Source: Candidatus Latescibacterota bacterium (lineage in GTDB: Bacteria; Latescibacterota; UBA2968; UBA8231). From it: a stretch of 64,000 bases of DNA. The translations under genes were made by a program, and so were the position numbers. The notes under the pieces are model-generated. The model did no database searches, had not been told where the DNA came from, and saw only the letters and a program-made list of their open reading frames with translations. How positions within the stretch are numbered: position 1 is the first letter of the stretch; each line of letters begins with the position of its first letter. Of the stretch, positions 22,047 through 31,261 are shown one piece after another. The DNA is taken from assembly GCA_963422735.1 (NCBI GenBank), contig OY730476.1, positions 2,880,001-2,944,000 of the forward strand, given 5' to 3'.

Positions 22047-23933
22047 ATGAACAACGTCTCGCACCTCCTCTCCCTGCTCTGCTCCCTCGCGCTGGCAGCG
22101 GGCGGCTGCACGGGTCTGCGGATGAACAACGCGCCCGCAAAGCCGACGAACCCCAACCAAGCCATGCAATACTTCGTCAAGGCCAAGGTCTTTGAAGCTC
22201 AGCACAACTACCTCGGCGCGATAGTCGCCCTGCGCAACGCGGCCGACCTCGACCCGACTTCGCCCACCATCTACGCTCGCCTCGCTTACAATTACCAGCG
22301 CATCGACGACGCCCAGATGGCTGCCCACTTCGCGCACAAGGGCTTGGCATTGGACGGTAGCCAAGTGAGGTTGCGCCGCCTGCTGATTCGGCTCCTAGAG
22401 CGCGAAGGAGACCGCGAGAGCGCTATCGACCACATCAAAGAACTGCTGCGCTACGAGCCGGCCAATTGGCCGCTCTACCGCCACTTGGCCTATCTCTACT
22501 TTGAAACGGGCCAACCCGAGCGAATCGCCCCGCTCTTCAAGGAGGTGTTCGCCCAAGAGCAAGTGCCAGCGGCGGTCGAGGTGGACATAGCCAGCATTTT
22601 TTCTCGCATCGGCCTGCAAGAAGAGGCCGAGCACATCTACCGCCGGGTCCTTGCGGCCGACCCCACGATCGAGGACGCTTGGCTAGGGCTAGCCGAGCTC
22701 AGGTTGGCGCAGGGGCACCGCCACGAGGCTATCGCCATCTACCGAGAGGCCGCGGGCCATCTGCCCGACAGCAGCGTTCCCTACCACTTGGCGCGGCTAA
22801 TGGTCACCGAGCACGACCTAGAGGAAATCCTCGCCGAAGAGGGTGCCCAGGTGCTCTACCATTTGGGAGTGGCCCTGTCCGAGGCTGGAGAGTACGATCA
22901 AGCGACGTTGGTCTTTAAGCGCATCGTCGAGATGCAGCCCCAAATGGTCGATCAGTGGATCGACCTAGCGCGCTACTACATCTACTTGGAGGATTACGAC
23001 GATGCTACCGCCGTCCTCGGCCAAGCGGCAGAGGCCATGCCCGACAGCAGCGAGATTTACCTGTACTGGGGGACGGCTCTAGAGAGCACTGGTCGCTACG
23101 ACGAGGCCATCGCCGTGTACCAGCGCGGCCTTGAGCACCTGCCCGACGCGGTCGATCTGTATTTGTACTGGGGACTCGCGCTAGAGCAACAAGACGCTTG
23201 GGCAGAGGCGATTGGCGTCTATAGTCAAGCACTCGCAGTATCCCCGGGCCACGCCACGCTGCACGTGCGGTGGGGCATCAGCTTGGGGCGGCAGGGGCAG
23301 TGGGAAGACGCGCTGGCCCAATACGAAACAGCGACCTCGCTCGACTCCGCGTACAGCCCGGCCTTTTTGCACTGGGGCATCGCCCTAGAGGAGCTAGAGC
23401 GCTGGGAAGCGGCGCTTGAAAAGCTGGAGCAGGCCGTTGCGCTTTCCAAGGACAAGGGCCACGCGCTCTTTTACCTCGGTTCCTGCTATGAGCAGGCCTC
23501 GCGCAAACTTAGCCACGACGAGTACTTCGACCGTTCAGTAGAGACCTTTCAACGCCTGTTGGAAATCGAACCAAACGATGCCTACGCCCTCAACTATCTC
23601 GGCTATATGTACGCAGACAAGGGCGTGCGGCTAACAGAAGCGGTTGCGCTCTTGGAAAAGGCGATCGCGCTCGAGCCGGATAACAGCGCGTTCCTCGATA
23701 GCATCGGCTGGGCCTATTTCCGCCTCGGCGAGCTAGCGCAGGCCGAGCACTACCTGCAACAAGCCTTGGACCAGATGGACGAGGGCGATCCCGAGGAGCA
23801 GGCCGTGATCTTCGAGCACGCTGGCGACATTGCCAGCGCCCTCGGAAAAATGGCCGAAGCGCGTGCGCATTGGCACAAGGTGCTGGAACTCGCGCCTGAC
23901 AACGAAGAGATCCGGCGCAAGCTGCTGCCATGA
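22047..23933 (+). CDS. TPR lipoprotein
   Basis: Lipobox-like AGGC; many TPRs; ALNYLGYMYAD...FLDSIGWAYF C-terminal motif. Confidence 0.9.
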   Translation: MNNVSHLLSLLCSLALAAGGCTGLRMNNAPAKPTNPNQAMQYFVKAKVFEAQHNYLGAIVALRNAADLDPTSPTIYARLAYNYQRIDDAQMAAHFAHKGLALDGSQVRLRRLLIRLLEREGDRESAIDHIKELLRYEPANWPLYRHLAYLYFETGQPERIAPLFKEVFAQEQVPAAVEVDIASIFSRIGLQEEAEHIYRRVLAADPTIEDAWLGLAELRLAQGHRHEAIAIYREAAGHLPDSSVPYHLARLMVTEHDLEEILAEEGAQVLYHLGVALSEAGEYDQATLVFKRIVEMQPQMVDQWIDLARYYIYLEDYDDATAVLGQAAEAMPDSSEIYLYWGTALESTGRYDEAIAVYQRGLEHLPDAVDLYLYWGLALEQQDAWAEAIGVYSQALAVSPGHATLHVRWGISLGRQGQWEDALAQYETATSLDSAYSPAFLHWGIALEELERWEAALEKLEQAVALSKDKGHALFYLGSCYEQASRKLSHDEYFDRSVETFQRLLEIEPNDAYALNYLGYMYADKGVRLTEAVALLEKAIALEPDNSAFLDSIGWAYFRLGELAQAEHYLQQALDQMDEGDPEEQAVIFEHAGDIASALGKMAEARAHWHKVLELAPDNEEIRRKLLP

Positions 23934-24679
23934 TGTCCACGTGGTCGAAGTGGTTCGCGCTCTGCGCCCTAGTGCTAGCTTGCACGCCGCCGATGGTGGT
24001 GCGGGAAGGCTGGGATGCGGCCCAAGGGCCGGCCGCCTTGCTCGCAGCCTCGGCGTCCCTCGCCCAGTTCGAGGATTTGACGGCGGAAGCTGCCATTGAG
24101 TTGCGGCGCGGTGCGGTGCGCGATCAGGGCACGGCCCTTGTGCAGCTAATCAATCCAGATATTTTCCGCGTCGAAGTGCGCGGCCCCTTTTTCACGCACA
24201 TTTTTACGGCCCTGCTCGAAGGCGACAGCCTGACCGTGTACGGACGGGGCATGAATCCGCCCTTAAAAGGACCAATGCGCGGCCGGTTGCTGACCACGCT
24301 GACCGGGTTGGACCTCGGGGCGTGCGACTTGCGCTACGCCTTGCTCGGCTTCGTCGAGCCGGGTTCCATCGTCGAGCCGGTCGAGTATCCGCGCGCCGAC
24401 CACGCAATAGTCGCGCTCACAGGCGGGCGGCGGGCGTGGCTGGACCTGCGCCGCGGCTTGGTTTTGCGCGAAAGCATCCCGCTGCCCGAGGGCGATGTCC
24501 TGCTCCGCGAGCTAGGAGAATACCACCGGGAAGACGCTTTTTACCTGCCGCGCCGAGTGGAGATCCGCCAAGCCGATGTAGCGCTGGTGTTGGATTACAA
24601 ACGCTATGCCTTCAACAGCGGACTAGACGCCAGCCAACTGCAACAGGGGCTACCTGCGGGCGTGATGAGAGTGCCGTGA
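23930..24679 (+). CDS. LolB/DUF4292-like lipoprotein
   Basis: Lipobox LVLAC; FRVEVRGPF; LPRRVEI. ATGA overlap with the TPR gene, a common TPR-LolB-like synteny. Confidence 0.6.
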   Translation: MMSTWSKWFALCALVLACTPPMVVREGWDAAQGPAALLAASASLAQFEDLTAEAAIELRRGAVRDQGTALVQLINPDIFRVEVRGPFFTHIFTALLEGDSLTVYGRGMNPPLKGPMRGRLLTTLTGLDLGACDLRYALLGFVEPGSIVEPVEYPRADHAIVALTGGRRAWLDLRRGLVLRESIPLPEGDVLLRELGEYHREDAFYLPRRVEIRQADVALVLDYKRYAFNSGLDASQLQQGLPAGVMRVP

Positions 24680-24691
24680 GGGGCTGCATCG

Positions 24692-24721
24692 TTGACAGTC
24701 ATAGGACCCAATACGTACTGT
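24692..24721 (+). promoter_or_regulatory. Sigma70-type promoter
   Basis: TTGACA-18 bp-TACTGT directly before the structured intergenic element. Confidence 0.55.
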
Positions 24722-24722
24722 A

Positions 24723-25022
24723 GCTGATGTTACGCAGCTTTTGTCCTGTCTGCGCTTCGCCTTGCGGCAGCAAGACAAGCCGGCATCCAGCGTGTTCGGG
24801 CTTGGGTGCGTTCCGTCGAACCGCTGAGCGACTCGATGACTCGACGAAGGGCACCGATGCCTGTCCCCGTGCAGATGGGGGTCCGCATCGTGCGCGGGGC
24901 TGGATGGCACGCCTAAAAGCCTGCGCCCGTGAAAACGGGTGGCGCGGTGAAGCCCGTGTGCGCGGGAAGGGCAAGGGAGGGCGGCAGGAAGCCGCTGACG
25001 ATAACGACTGCCCAACATCAGT
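24723..25022 (+). ncRNA. Candidate structured non-coding RNA or long leader, family unknown
   Basis: Ends pair (CTGATGTT 24724-31 / AACATCAG 25014-21). Nested helices include CATCCAGC/GCTGGATG, CCCGT-GAAA-ACGGG and GCGGC-AGGAA-GCCGC. Several G-U pairs favour the + strand. Confidence 0.6.
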
Positions 25023-25050
25023 TCAATAATACATTTGGGGAGAAAATTCC

Positions 25051-26187
25051 ATGAGCAAACTCAAAGTAGGCATGATCGGCGGCGGCGGCCCCGATTCTTT
25101 TTTCGGCATGGTCCACAACCGTGCCATCGCGCTCGACGCCAGCCGCGCATTGGTCGCGGGTGCGCTGCGCTCCAGCCCAGAGGCGGCGATGAGCGCTGCC
25201 GACGACTACGGCATCCAGGGTTATCCCACCTACCAAGCCCTGCTAGAGGCCGTGCAAAACGGCGAGCAAGCCCTCGATTACGTCACCATCGTCACCCCCA
25301 ACTTCGCCCACTACGAGCCGGCCAAAGCCTTTTTGCAGGCGGGCATTCCCGTACTCTGCGAAAAGCCGATCACCATGACAGTGGCCGAAGCCGAAGACTT
25401 GGCACAGATCGTCGTGCGCGAGCAGGTGCCCTTTGTGCTGGCCCATACCTATACGGGCCATCCCATGATGATGCTAGCCAAGGAAATGATCCGAAACGGC
25501 GAGATCGGCCAAGTCCGCAAGGTGGTTTCCTGGTACAATCAGGGCTGGCTGGCCACGGCACTGGAACAGACCGGCCAGCAGCAGGCGTCTTGGCGTACCG
25601 ATCCCGAGCGCACGGGAATTTCCAATTGCGGCGGCGACATTGGTACGCACGCCTTTATCGCGGCGACTTGGGTTACTGGGCTAGCCGTTGAGCGGGTCTC
25701 GGCGCGGCTCAACACCTTTGTCGAAGGCCGCGTACTCGACGACGACTTCAACGCGATCGGCGAACTAGAAAACGGCGGCACCGCCCTGATCACGGCCACG
25801 CAGATCGCGGTTGGCTACCGCAACGACAACGGCTTCCGCATCTTCGGCACCAAAGGCTCTATTGAATGGCATCAGGAGCGGGCCGAATGCCTGCTGGTGC
25901 GCCATGGCGATGGCCGCGACATTACCTACTGGACTGGTGCTGAATTCGACCTGCCCGCGTCGGTCGCCTCGTATTTGCGGGTGCCCTCGGGACACCACGA
26001 AGACTTCTTCCCGGCCCTCGCCAATCTCCACACCACCATCGAGCGGCTCATTCGCACGCGCCGTGGCGAACAGAACGTACCCGTGGCCTTTCCGCATCCG
26101 GGCGTGGAAGAGGGCGTAGCGGGTATGAAATTCGTCGCGGCCGCAGTAGGATCTTCGAAAAACGAAGGAGCGTGGACGCCAGTCTAA
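25051..26187 (+). CDS. Gfo/Idh/MocA family oxidoreductase
   Basis: VGMIGGG, IVTPNFAH, LCEKP, YNQGWL, WRTDP, GDIGTHA. Confidence 0.93.
   Translation: MSKLKVGMIGGGGPDSFFGMVHNRAIALDASRALVAGALRSSPEAAMSAADDYGIQGYPTYQALLEAVQNGEQALDYVTIVTPNFAHYEPAKAFLQAGIPVLCEKPITMTVAEAEDLAQIVVREQVPFVLAHTYTGHPMMMLAKEMIRNGEIGQVRKVVSWYNQGWLATALEQTGQQQASWRTDPERTGISNCGGDIGTHAFIAATWVTGLAVERVSARLNTFVEGRVLDDDFNAIGELENGGTALITATQIAVGYRNDNGFRIFGTKGSIEWHQERAECLLVRHGDGRDITYWTGAEFDLPASVASYLRVPSGHHEDFFPALANLHTTIERLIRTRRGEQNVPVAFPHPGVEEGVAGMKFVAAAVGSSKNEGAWTPV
26081..26187 (+). repeat. Direct repeat copy 1 (107 bp; 3' end of the Gfo/Idh/MocA gene)
   Basis: Aligns ungapped to 27680-27786 with 15 mismatches; first 26 bp identical. 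Confidence 0.95.
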
Positions 26188-26208
26188 CATGCGACTTAAT
26201 AAGGAAGT

Positions 26209-26358
26209 CCTAACCAAACCCTCTGCTGGCGTCGCACGGCAACGCCGAGAGTGGCCGGCGTTGCCCTCGGTCGGCCTATTGCTTACATAGGCCTCCGCTG
26301 GGTGCCTTGCCCATGGCCTTGCTCGTGCGCTTAGGCCGACGCCGGGCGTTTGGTTAGG
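26209..26358. repeat. 150-bp palindromic element (attC-like or MITE-like)
   Basis: Perfect 11-bp terminal IR CCTAACCAAAC/GTTTGGTTAGG; internal IRs CTGGCGTCG/CGACGCCGG and GGCAACGCCG/CGGCGTTGCC. Confidence 0.7.
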
Positions 26359-26423
26359 GCCTCTAAAAACTAATCTGCTCGAATTTTATATCCCCATATA
26401 CCGCGATATAGGAGATATATTCA

Positions 26424-27322
26424 ATGGCATATCGCTGGGAAGTTCCCGCACCGCTCGCCACAGCCGAGATCCGCACAGCCGACGGCACCCGCATCATCTT
26501 TCGGCGGCAGGGCAACCCGCAAGGCCCGAGGATCGTCCTAAGCCACGGCAACGGACTGGCGAGCGATCTGTATATCCCTTCTGGTCCCTGGTTACAGGCC
26601 GTTTCGACGTCGTCCTCTACGACTTCCGCAGCCACGGTTGGAATCCAGTGGCCGATATTCGCACCCATAACATCGCGTCCTTTGTCGAGGACAACGAGTG
26701 CCTCATTCGAGGCACTGACCAGCACTTCGGAGAGAAGCCCAAAATTGGTGTATTCCATTCCCTGTCCGTAGTGACGGCGGTCAACCACGATCCTCCGGGG
26801 CGAGGATTTGCAGCCCTGATCCTCTTCGACCCACCTATTTATCCTACCAGCGGCAATATTGCGGAACTCGAAGCCCTCGGGAATATGTTTGGCGAAAGTG
26901 CCCGTCGGCGCCGGGACCGATTCGAGACGTGGGAAGAGCTTGCCAAGACTGTCCGCAACTGGCCTACGTTCGCCCTGCTGCTGCCCGGCGTTGCAGACCT
27001 CTACGCACGGACGTTGCTGCGGTCCGCCGCCGACAGCAAGGGCTACATCCTTTACTGCCCAAGCGAGTACGAGGCCAACATATTCGAGTATCTCCTAGCG
27101 TACACTTTTGAAGCCTCGGCAGAGTCCTTTGCCTGCCCCGTGAAGGTAATAGGAGCAGATCCGACGCTGAATTTCTCATTCCTGCCGGGTATGGATCTCA
27201 CCACTCTCACCGGTCTTGAATACGACTTTGTGCCCGATACAACCCATTTTCTCCAAATCGAAAAACCAGAGGTGCGCGTCGTCTCTATGCTGGAGTTTCT
27301 GGAACGTCACGGACTCGTGTAG
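26424..27322 (+). pseudogene. Alpha/beta hydrolase, frameshifted
   Basis: VLSHGNGLASDLY in one frame; (Y)DFRSHG...GVFHSLS...THFLQIEKP in another. Shift near 26580-26600. Confidence 0.8.
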
Positions 27323-27404
27323 GAGGGTATAGAGTCGCTTTTTTTGCTCTTCCAATCCGTTCAGTAAGGCAATCTCATTCAAATAGGAATCCAAAAGAAA
27401 AAGC

Positions 27405-27679
27405 ATGACAAAAAACACAGGAAAGCATGCGGGCAAATCGCGCAATAGCCTCCAGATGTCACCCGAACTCATGGGCGATCTGGGACGCAAGGCGGTGGAG
27501 CTTTTGGTGGCGAGAATCGATGGCTTGCCCGAGGAAAATGCCTCGGAAGGGGATCTCCAACAAGTACTTGAGGCCCAACTCATGGAGGATCCGCCCGAAG
27601 ATGGCCGGTGACCAAAGTGCTCGAGCGAGCGGCGCACGATATTCTCTATGTCGCAACCCGCATGGATCATCTGCACTCG
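27405..27679 (+). pseudogene. 5' fragment of a PLP-dependent (aromatic amino acid) decarboxylase-like gene
   Basis: MSPELM.DLGRKAVELLVARI...EDPPEDGR resembles the group II decarboxylase N-terminus. Truncated at repeat copy 2. Confidence 0.5.
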
Positions 27680-27786
27680 CCGTGGCCTTTCCGCATCCGG
27701 GCGTGAAAGAGGGCGTAGCGGGGATGAAATTCGTCGCGGACGCAGTAGAATCGTCCAAAAACAGCGGTGCGTGGACGCAGATTTAG
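27680..27786 (+). repeat. Direct repeat copy 2 (orphan 3' end of the Gfo/Idh/MocA gene)
   Basis: Encodes VAFPHPGVKEGVAGMKFVADAVESSKNSGAWTQI*, versus VAFPHPGVEEGVAGMKFVAAAVGSSKNEGAWTPV* in copy 1. Confidence 0.95.
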
Positions 27787-27870
27787 TTGTGCATCGCTTC
27801 TTGAAATTATGTCAACGCTATGTTATCTTGTGGATGAGAGTCCATAAACCCTTCTTGAGGAGAATTTTCC

Positions 27871-30036
27871 ATGAAACTGCTTTACATCGCCTGTGTTGCG
27901 GCCGTCGTGTTCGCCGCCTGTGCAGACCGAGATCCCCTGTCATCTACCACAGATACATCTATTGAGTATAGAGCAGGCAAGTCGACCGTCTCTTCCGGTC
28001 CGGTCGCCGGCTTACCTGAGCCGCGCGAGCCAGCGCACTTCACAGTGCGGCTCGAAAACATCGGCACCGTCCTCGCGCCAGGCGCGTGGGGCGTCCAGCG
28101 CGGCGGTACGCCCATCTTCAGAGACGGCTGGCCCGATCGCGGCGCCGGACTCGAAGCCCTCGCCGAGGACGGCAATCCAGCGGAGCTAGCGGCGAGCCTC
28201 CCCAGAAATAGCGGGATGTTCACCACGCCGGCGGGAGCCGATGATCCCGGACTGCTGACGCCGGGCAGCGTCTATGAATTCAGCTTCATTGCCCGTCCAG
28301 GCGACCGGCTGTCATTCGCCACCATGTACGTGCAATCCAACGACCTGTTTTTGGCACCGGGCGACACTGGCATTGCCCTGTTCATCAACGGACAGCCAAT
28401 CAGCGACGACGTCACCGCTCTGGTCCGCCTGTGGGACGCCGGTACAGAAGTCAACGAAGAGCCGGGCGTAGGCGAAAACCAAGCACCGCGGCAGGCCGGT
28501 GCCAACACGGGCGCAGACGAAGGAGGCGTGGTGCGCTTAGTCGATGACGGGTTCACCTATCCGGCCGTGGCCGACATCGTCCGCATCACCATCGCCTCCG
28601 AAGGCGGCGTGAGCATCAGTGACGTGGACGGCGACACAGACGGCGACACAGACGGCGACACAGACGGCGACACAGACGGCGATACGGACGGCGACACAGA
28701 CGGCGACACAGACGGCGACACAGACGGCGACACAGACGGCGACACAGACGGCGACACAGACGGCGACACAGACGGCGATACGGACGGCGACACAGACGGC
28801 GATACGGACGGCGACACAGACGGCGACACAGACGGCGACACAGACGGCGGCCTAACCGGGCCCGAGGTTGTGATAACGCCCGATGTGCTATCCCTGACCA
28901 GTGCGCTGATAGGCTACTTTCGGGACGCTCTGTTGATCGCACTGATCTCGGATGAGACGACGATTGACGGAGCGAATGGTGGCACGTTGGCCATCGCGGG
29001 CAACGAATGGGTGCTAACGGATTATTCGCCCGACGGGACGCTGGTGCTCAACGGCACCTTGAACGTGGGCGAAGATCAGTTACCCAGCATTCCCGTGACT
29101 GGCGATATAACTGCTTCCGGTGCGTTCAATGCTACGGTATCGCTAGACCTTCTGGTCGATTCGTCTGGAGACGAGCCCTCTATGATCGGCACCATTACCG
29201 TTGGAGTGCCTTACGACATCAGTGCTATCATCGCAGCGGCTGAGGCACTCGCTGGCGATGGCGACGTGGACGACGAAGGCGACACGAACGGCGATACGGA
29301 CGGCGGTGTGGACGACGAAGGTGAAGGTGAAGGTGAAGGTGAAGGTGAAGGTGAAGGCGATGCTAATACCGGCGGCGACGATAGCTCTGAGACGACCATC
29401 TCTTCCGCGCGGACCATCTCTGAGCTAGCTGCCGGCTTGCCTGAAGCGCGTATACCAGCGCACTTCACAGTGCGGCTCGAAAACATCGGCACCGTCCTCG
29501 CGCCAGGCGCGTGGGTCGCCCAGCGCGGTGGTACGCCCCTGTTCACCGACGGCCGGCCTGATCGCGGCGCCGGACTCGAAGCCCTCGCCGAGGACGGCAA
29601 TCCCGCCCAGCTAGCCGCAAGCCTATACACAAACAGCGGAGTGTTCACCACGCCGGCGGGAGCCGATGATCCCGGACTGCTGACGCCGGGCAGCGTCTAT
29701 GAGTTCAGCTTCGTTGCCCGTCCGGGCGACCGGCTGTCATTCGCCACCATGTACGTGCAATCCAACGACCTGTTTTTGGCACCGGGCGACACTGGCATTG
29801 CCCTGTTCATCGACGAACAGCCGATAAGCGGCGACGTCACCGCTCTGGTCCGCCTGTGGGACGCCGGTACAGAAGCCAACGAGGAGCCGGGCGTAGGCGA
29901 AAACCAAGCACCGCGGCAGGCCGGTGCCAACACGGGCGCGGATGAAGGAGGCGTGGTGCGTTTAGTCGATGACGGGTTCACCTATCCGGCCGTGGTCGAC
30001 ATCGTCCGCATCACCATCACCTCCGAAGGGGTCTGA
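27871..30036 (+). CDS. Lipoprotein with two spondin domains and acidic low-complexity linkers
   Basis: Lipobox FAAC; two copies of LEALAEDG...LSFATMYVQSNDLF...LWDAGTE.NE (Spondin_N); (DGDT)n and (EG)n tracts. Confidence 0.88.
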   Translation: MKLLYIACVAAVVFAACADRDPLSSTTDTSIEYRAGKSTVSSGPVAGLPEPREPAHFTVRLENIGTVLAPGAWGVQRGGTPIFRDGWPDRGAGLEALAEDGNPAELAASLPRNSGMFTTPAGADDPGLLTPGSVYEFSFIARPGDRLSFATMYVQSNDLFLAPGDTGIALFINGQPISDDVTALVRLWDAGTEVNEEPGVGENQAPRQAGANTGADEGGVVRLVDDGFTYPAVADIVRITIASEGGVSISDVDGDTDGDTDGDTDGDTDGDTDGDTDGDTDGDTDGDTDGDTDGDTDGDTDGDTDGDTDGDTDGDTDGDTDGDTDGGLTGPEVVITPDVLSLTSALIGYFRDALLIALISDETTIDGANGGTLAIAGNEWVLTDYSPDGTLVLNGTLNVGEDQLPSIPVTGDITASGAFNATVSLDLLVDSSGDEPSMIGTITVGVPYDISAIIAAAEALAGDGDVDDEGDTNGDTDGGVDDEGEGEGEGEGEGEGDANTGGDDSSETTISSARTISELAAGLPEARIPAHFTVRLENIGTVLAPGAWVAQRGGTPLFTDGRPDRGAGLEALAEDGNPAQLAASLYTNSGVFTTPAGADDPGLLTPGSVYEFSFVARPGDRLSFATMYVQSNDLFLAPGDTGIALFIDEQPISGDVTALVRLWDAGTEANEEPGVGENQAPRQAGANTGADEGGVVRLVDDGFTYPAVVDIVRITITSEGV
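28627..28842 (+). repeat. 12-bp coding tandem repeat GACGGCGACACA x18 (three GACGGCGATACG variants), encoding DGDT
   Basis: 216 bp counted directly. Confidence 0.95.
29317..29358 (+). repeat. 6-bp coding repeat (GAAGGT)x6 + GAAGGC, encoding EG
   Basis: Read directly. Confidence 0.95.
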
Positions 30037-30084
30037 TAGCTGAGGCGATTCAGTGCCAGCGACCTAGGCACTGTTAAACATGCA

Positions 30085-30125
30085 AAGTGGAGGTAACGGC
30101 CTTACCCGTTGCCTCCACTTTTTTT
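30085..30125 (+). terminator. Rho-independent terminator of the spondin gene
   Basis: AAGTGGAGGTAACGG-loop-CCGTTGCCTCCACTT followed by a T run. Confidence 0.85.
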
Positions 30126-30129
30126 GTCA

Positions 30130-31200
30130 CTTGGTGTTACGTAACCCTTATTTCTCGTCGTAGATAAAATCAACCTTGCTCTGACAAATCCAATTCCCCG
30201 ACAGCATCTTACCGCCTGTCAACATCCGTATAGGCCCGGTCGTTTTCCCCGCGGGCCACGAACACATCTACGGCCCGGTCTCCAAAACGCTGCAGGGCTG
30301 CAAAAGCCGGTGGAGAGTGCTGGTCAACTAGTCTCCACCGAGACCAACGGTTTTGTCTCCTTGGCACCCCGTTCCAGAACGCGGGCTTGCTCCCCCGGCG
30401 AGTTTTACCAGTCGCTGGCGATCCACGAGAGGTGGGTGACTGTCGATTGGGTTGCACGGTTGTTCCATACCGTTCTGCCTGACGAGCCCCCTAGGCAGCC
30501 CAGATCGACTTTTTCAACGGGAGGTTAGGAGCGCGAGATGGTAAATAAGAAAAAGTTTCCAGCGTCGCATCTCCGATCCGATGCGACGCTGGAAGCTCAG
30601 CGGCCGAACGATTTAATGACGAATCGAGGTTAGACTGGCATGCGAAATGTTGAAATTCTTCGATCACCCACCCTTGTGCTGGTGTCGGCGGTGCTGGCTG
30701 TACCGGCCGTTTCGCAAGCTGGCCCCATCGCAGCGGCGTGGACGGACACCGCCGACGTCTACGAGAGCTCGCCGTTCCGGCGGACTGTTTCCGTATGCGG
30801 CCTTGGGTGGGGAGACGGGAAACGATGGCGGGTTCATAATATTTCACAAAAATTTGTTCGGGCGCGAAAAGAAATTCTCGGTGCGCTTGATCGCCAAATT
30901 ATAGCGGGCTGGTACTGTACAATGACTTGCGGATCGGCGGCGGTCCGTGGTACTGGAATGCTCCTATCGAAGCGCTGGATATGGGGAACAAGAACACCAC
31001 CATAAACGGCCAACTGCATCTACCCAGCGCGGAGGCCAGCACCAGCTTCTCGGCTCAAAGTCCCCTTCAGCCACAACTATAATTGTCGAGGCTTCTGGCG
31101 TCACGGCCTTCCTGATTCGGCGGGTGGTTTCATCGGCCTCTAAAGCGGTAGAAGTCACGAGCTCGAACCCTAGACACAACAGCCGCATTACATTCATAGC
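30130..31200. pseudogene. Gene debris (several short fragments, one resembling a BNR/sialidase N-terminus)
   Basis: No coherent long ORF. Fragments such as CW.PRWVDAVGRLW and a signal-peptide-like LVLVSAVLAVPAVSQA. Confidence 0.35.
30547..30594 (-). terminator. Probable minus-strand intrinsic terminator
   Basis: 15-bp perfect stem TTCCAGCGTCGCATC/GATGCGACGCTGGAA (30557-30594), preceded on + by AAGAAAAAG (T-rich on -). Confidence 0.55.
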
Positions 31201-31261
31201 TAAACCCTCGCCTTTCCATTCGGCGCGTCTGTTTTATACGGCAATTTCAAAGCCATACCCT

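Noticed and set aside
24650-25029. Short ORFs over the structured intergenic region
   Set aside because: No recognisable motifs or RBS; Arg/Ala/Gly-rich, as expected from GC-rich non-coding DNA.
24723-25030. tmRNA, RNase P RNA, SRP RNA or cobalamin riboswitch
   Set aside because: No tRNA-like ends and the ADDND-like peptide does not end in AA; no GAGGAAAGUCC; no full SRP helix-8 motif; only a lone GGGAAGG without the other B12 elements.
28557-28942. (SPSV)n, (RRLC)n and (TATQ)n ORFs
   Set aside because: Alternative frames of the DGDT repeat within the spondin gene.
28031-30030. DGR template/variable repeat pair
   Set aside because: Differences between the spondin copies are not adenine-specific, both copies lie in one ORF, and no reverse transcriptase is present.
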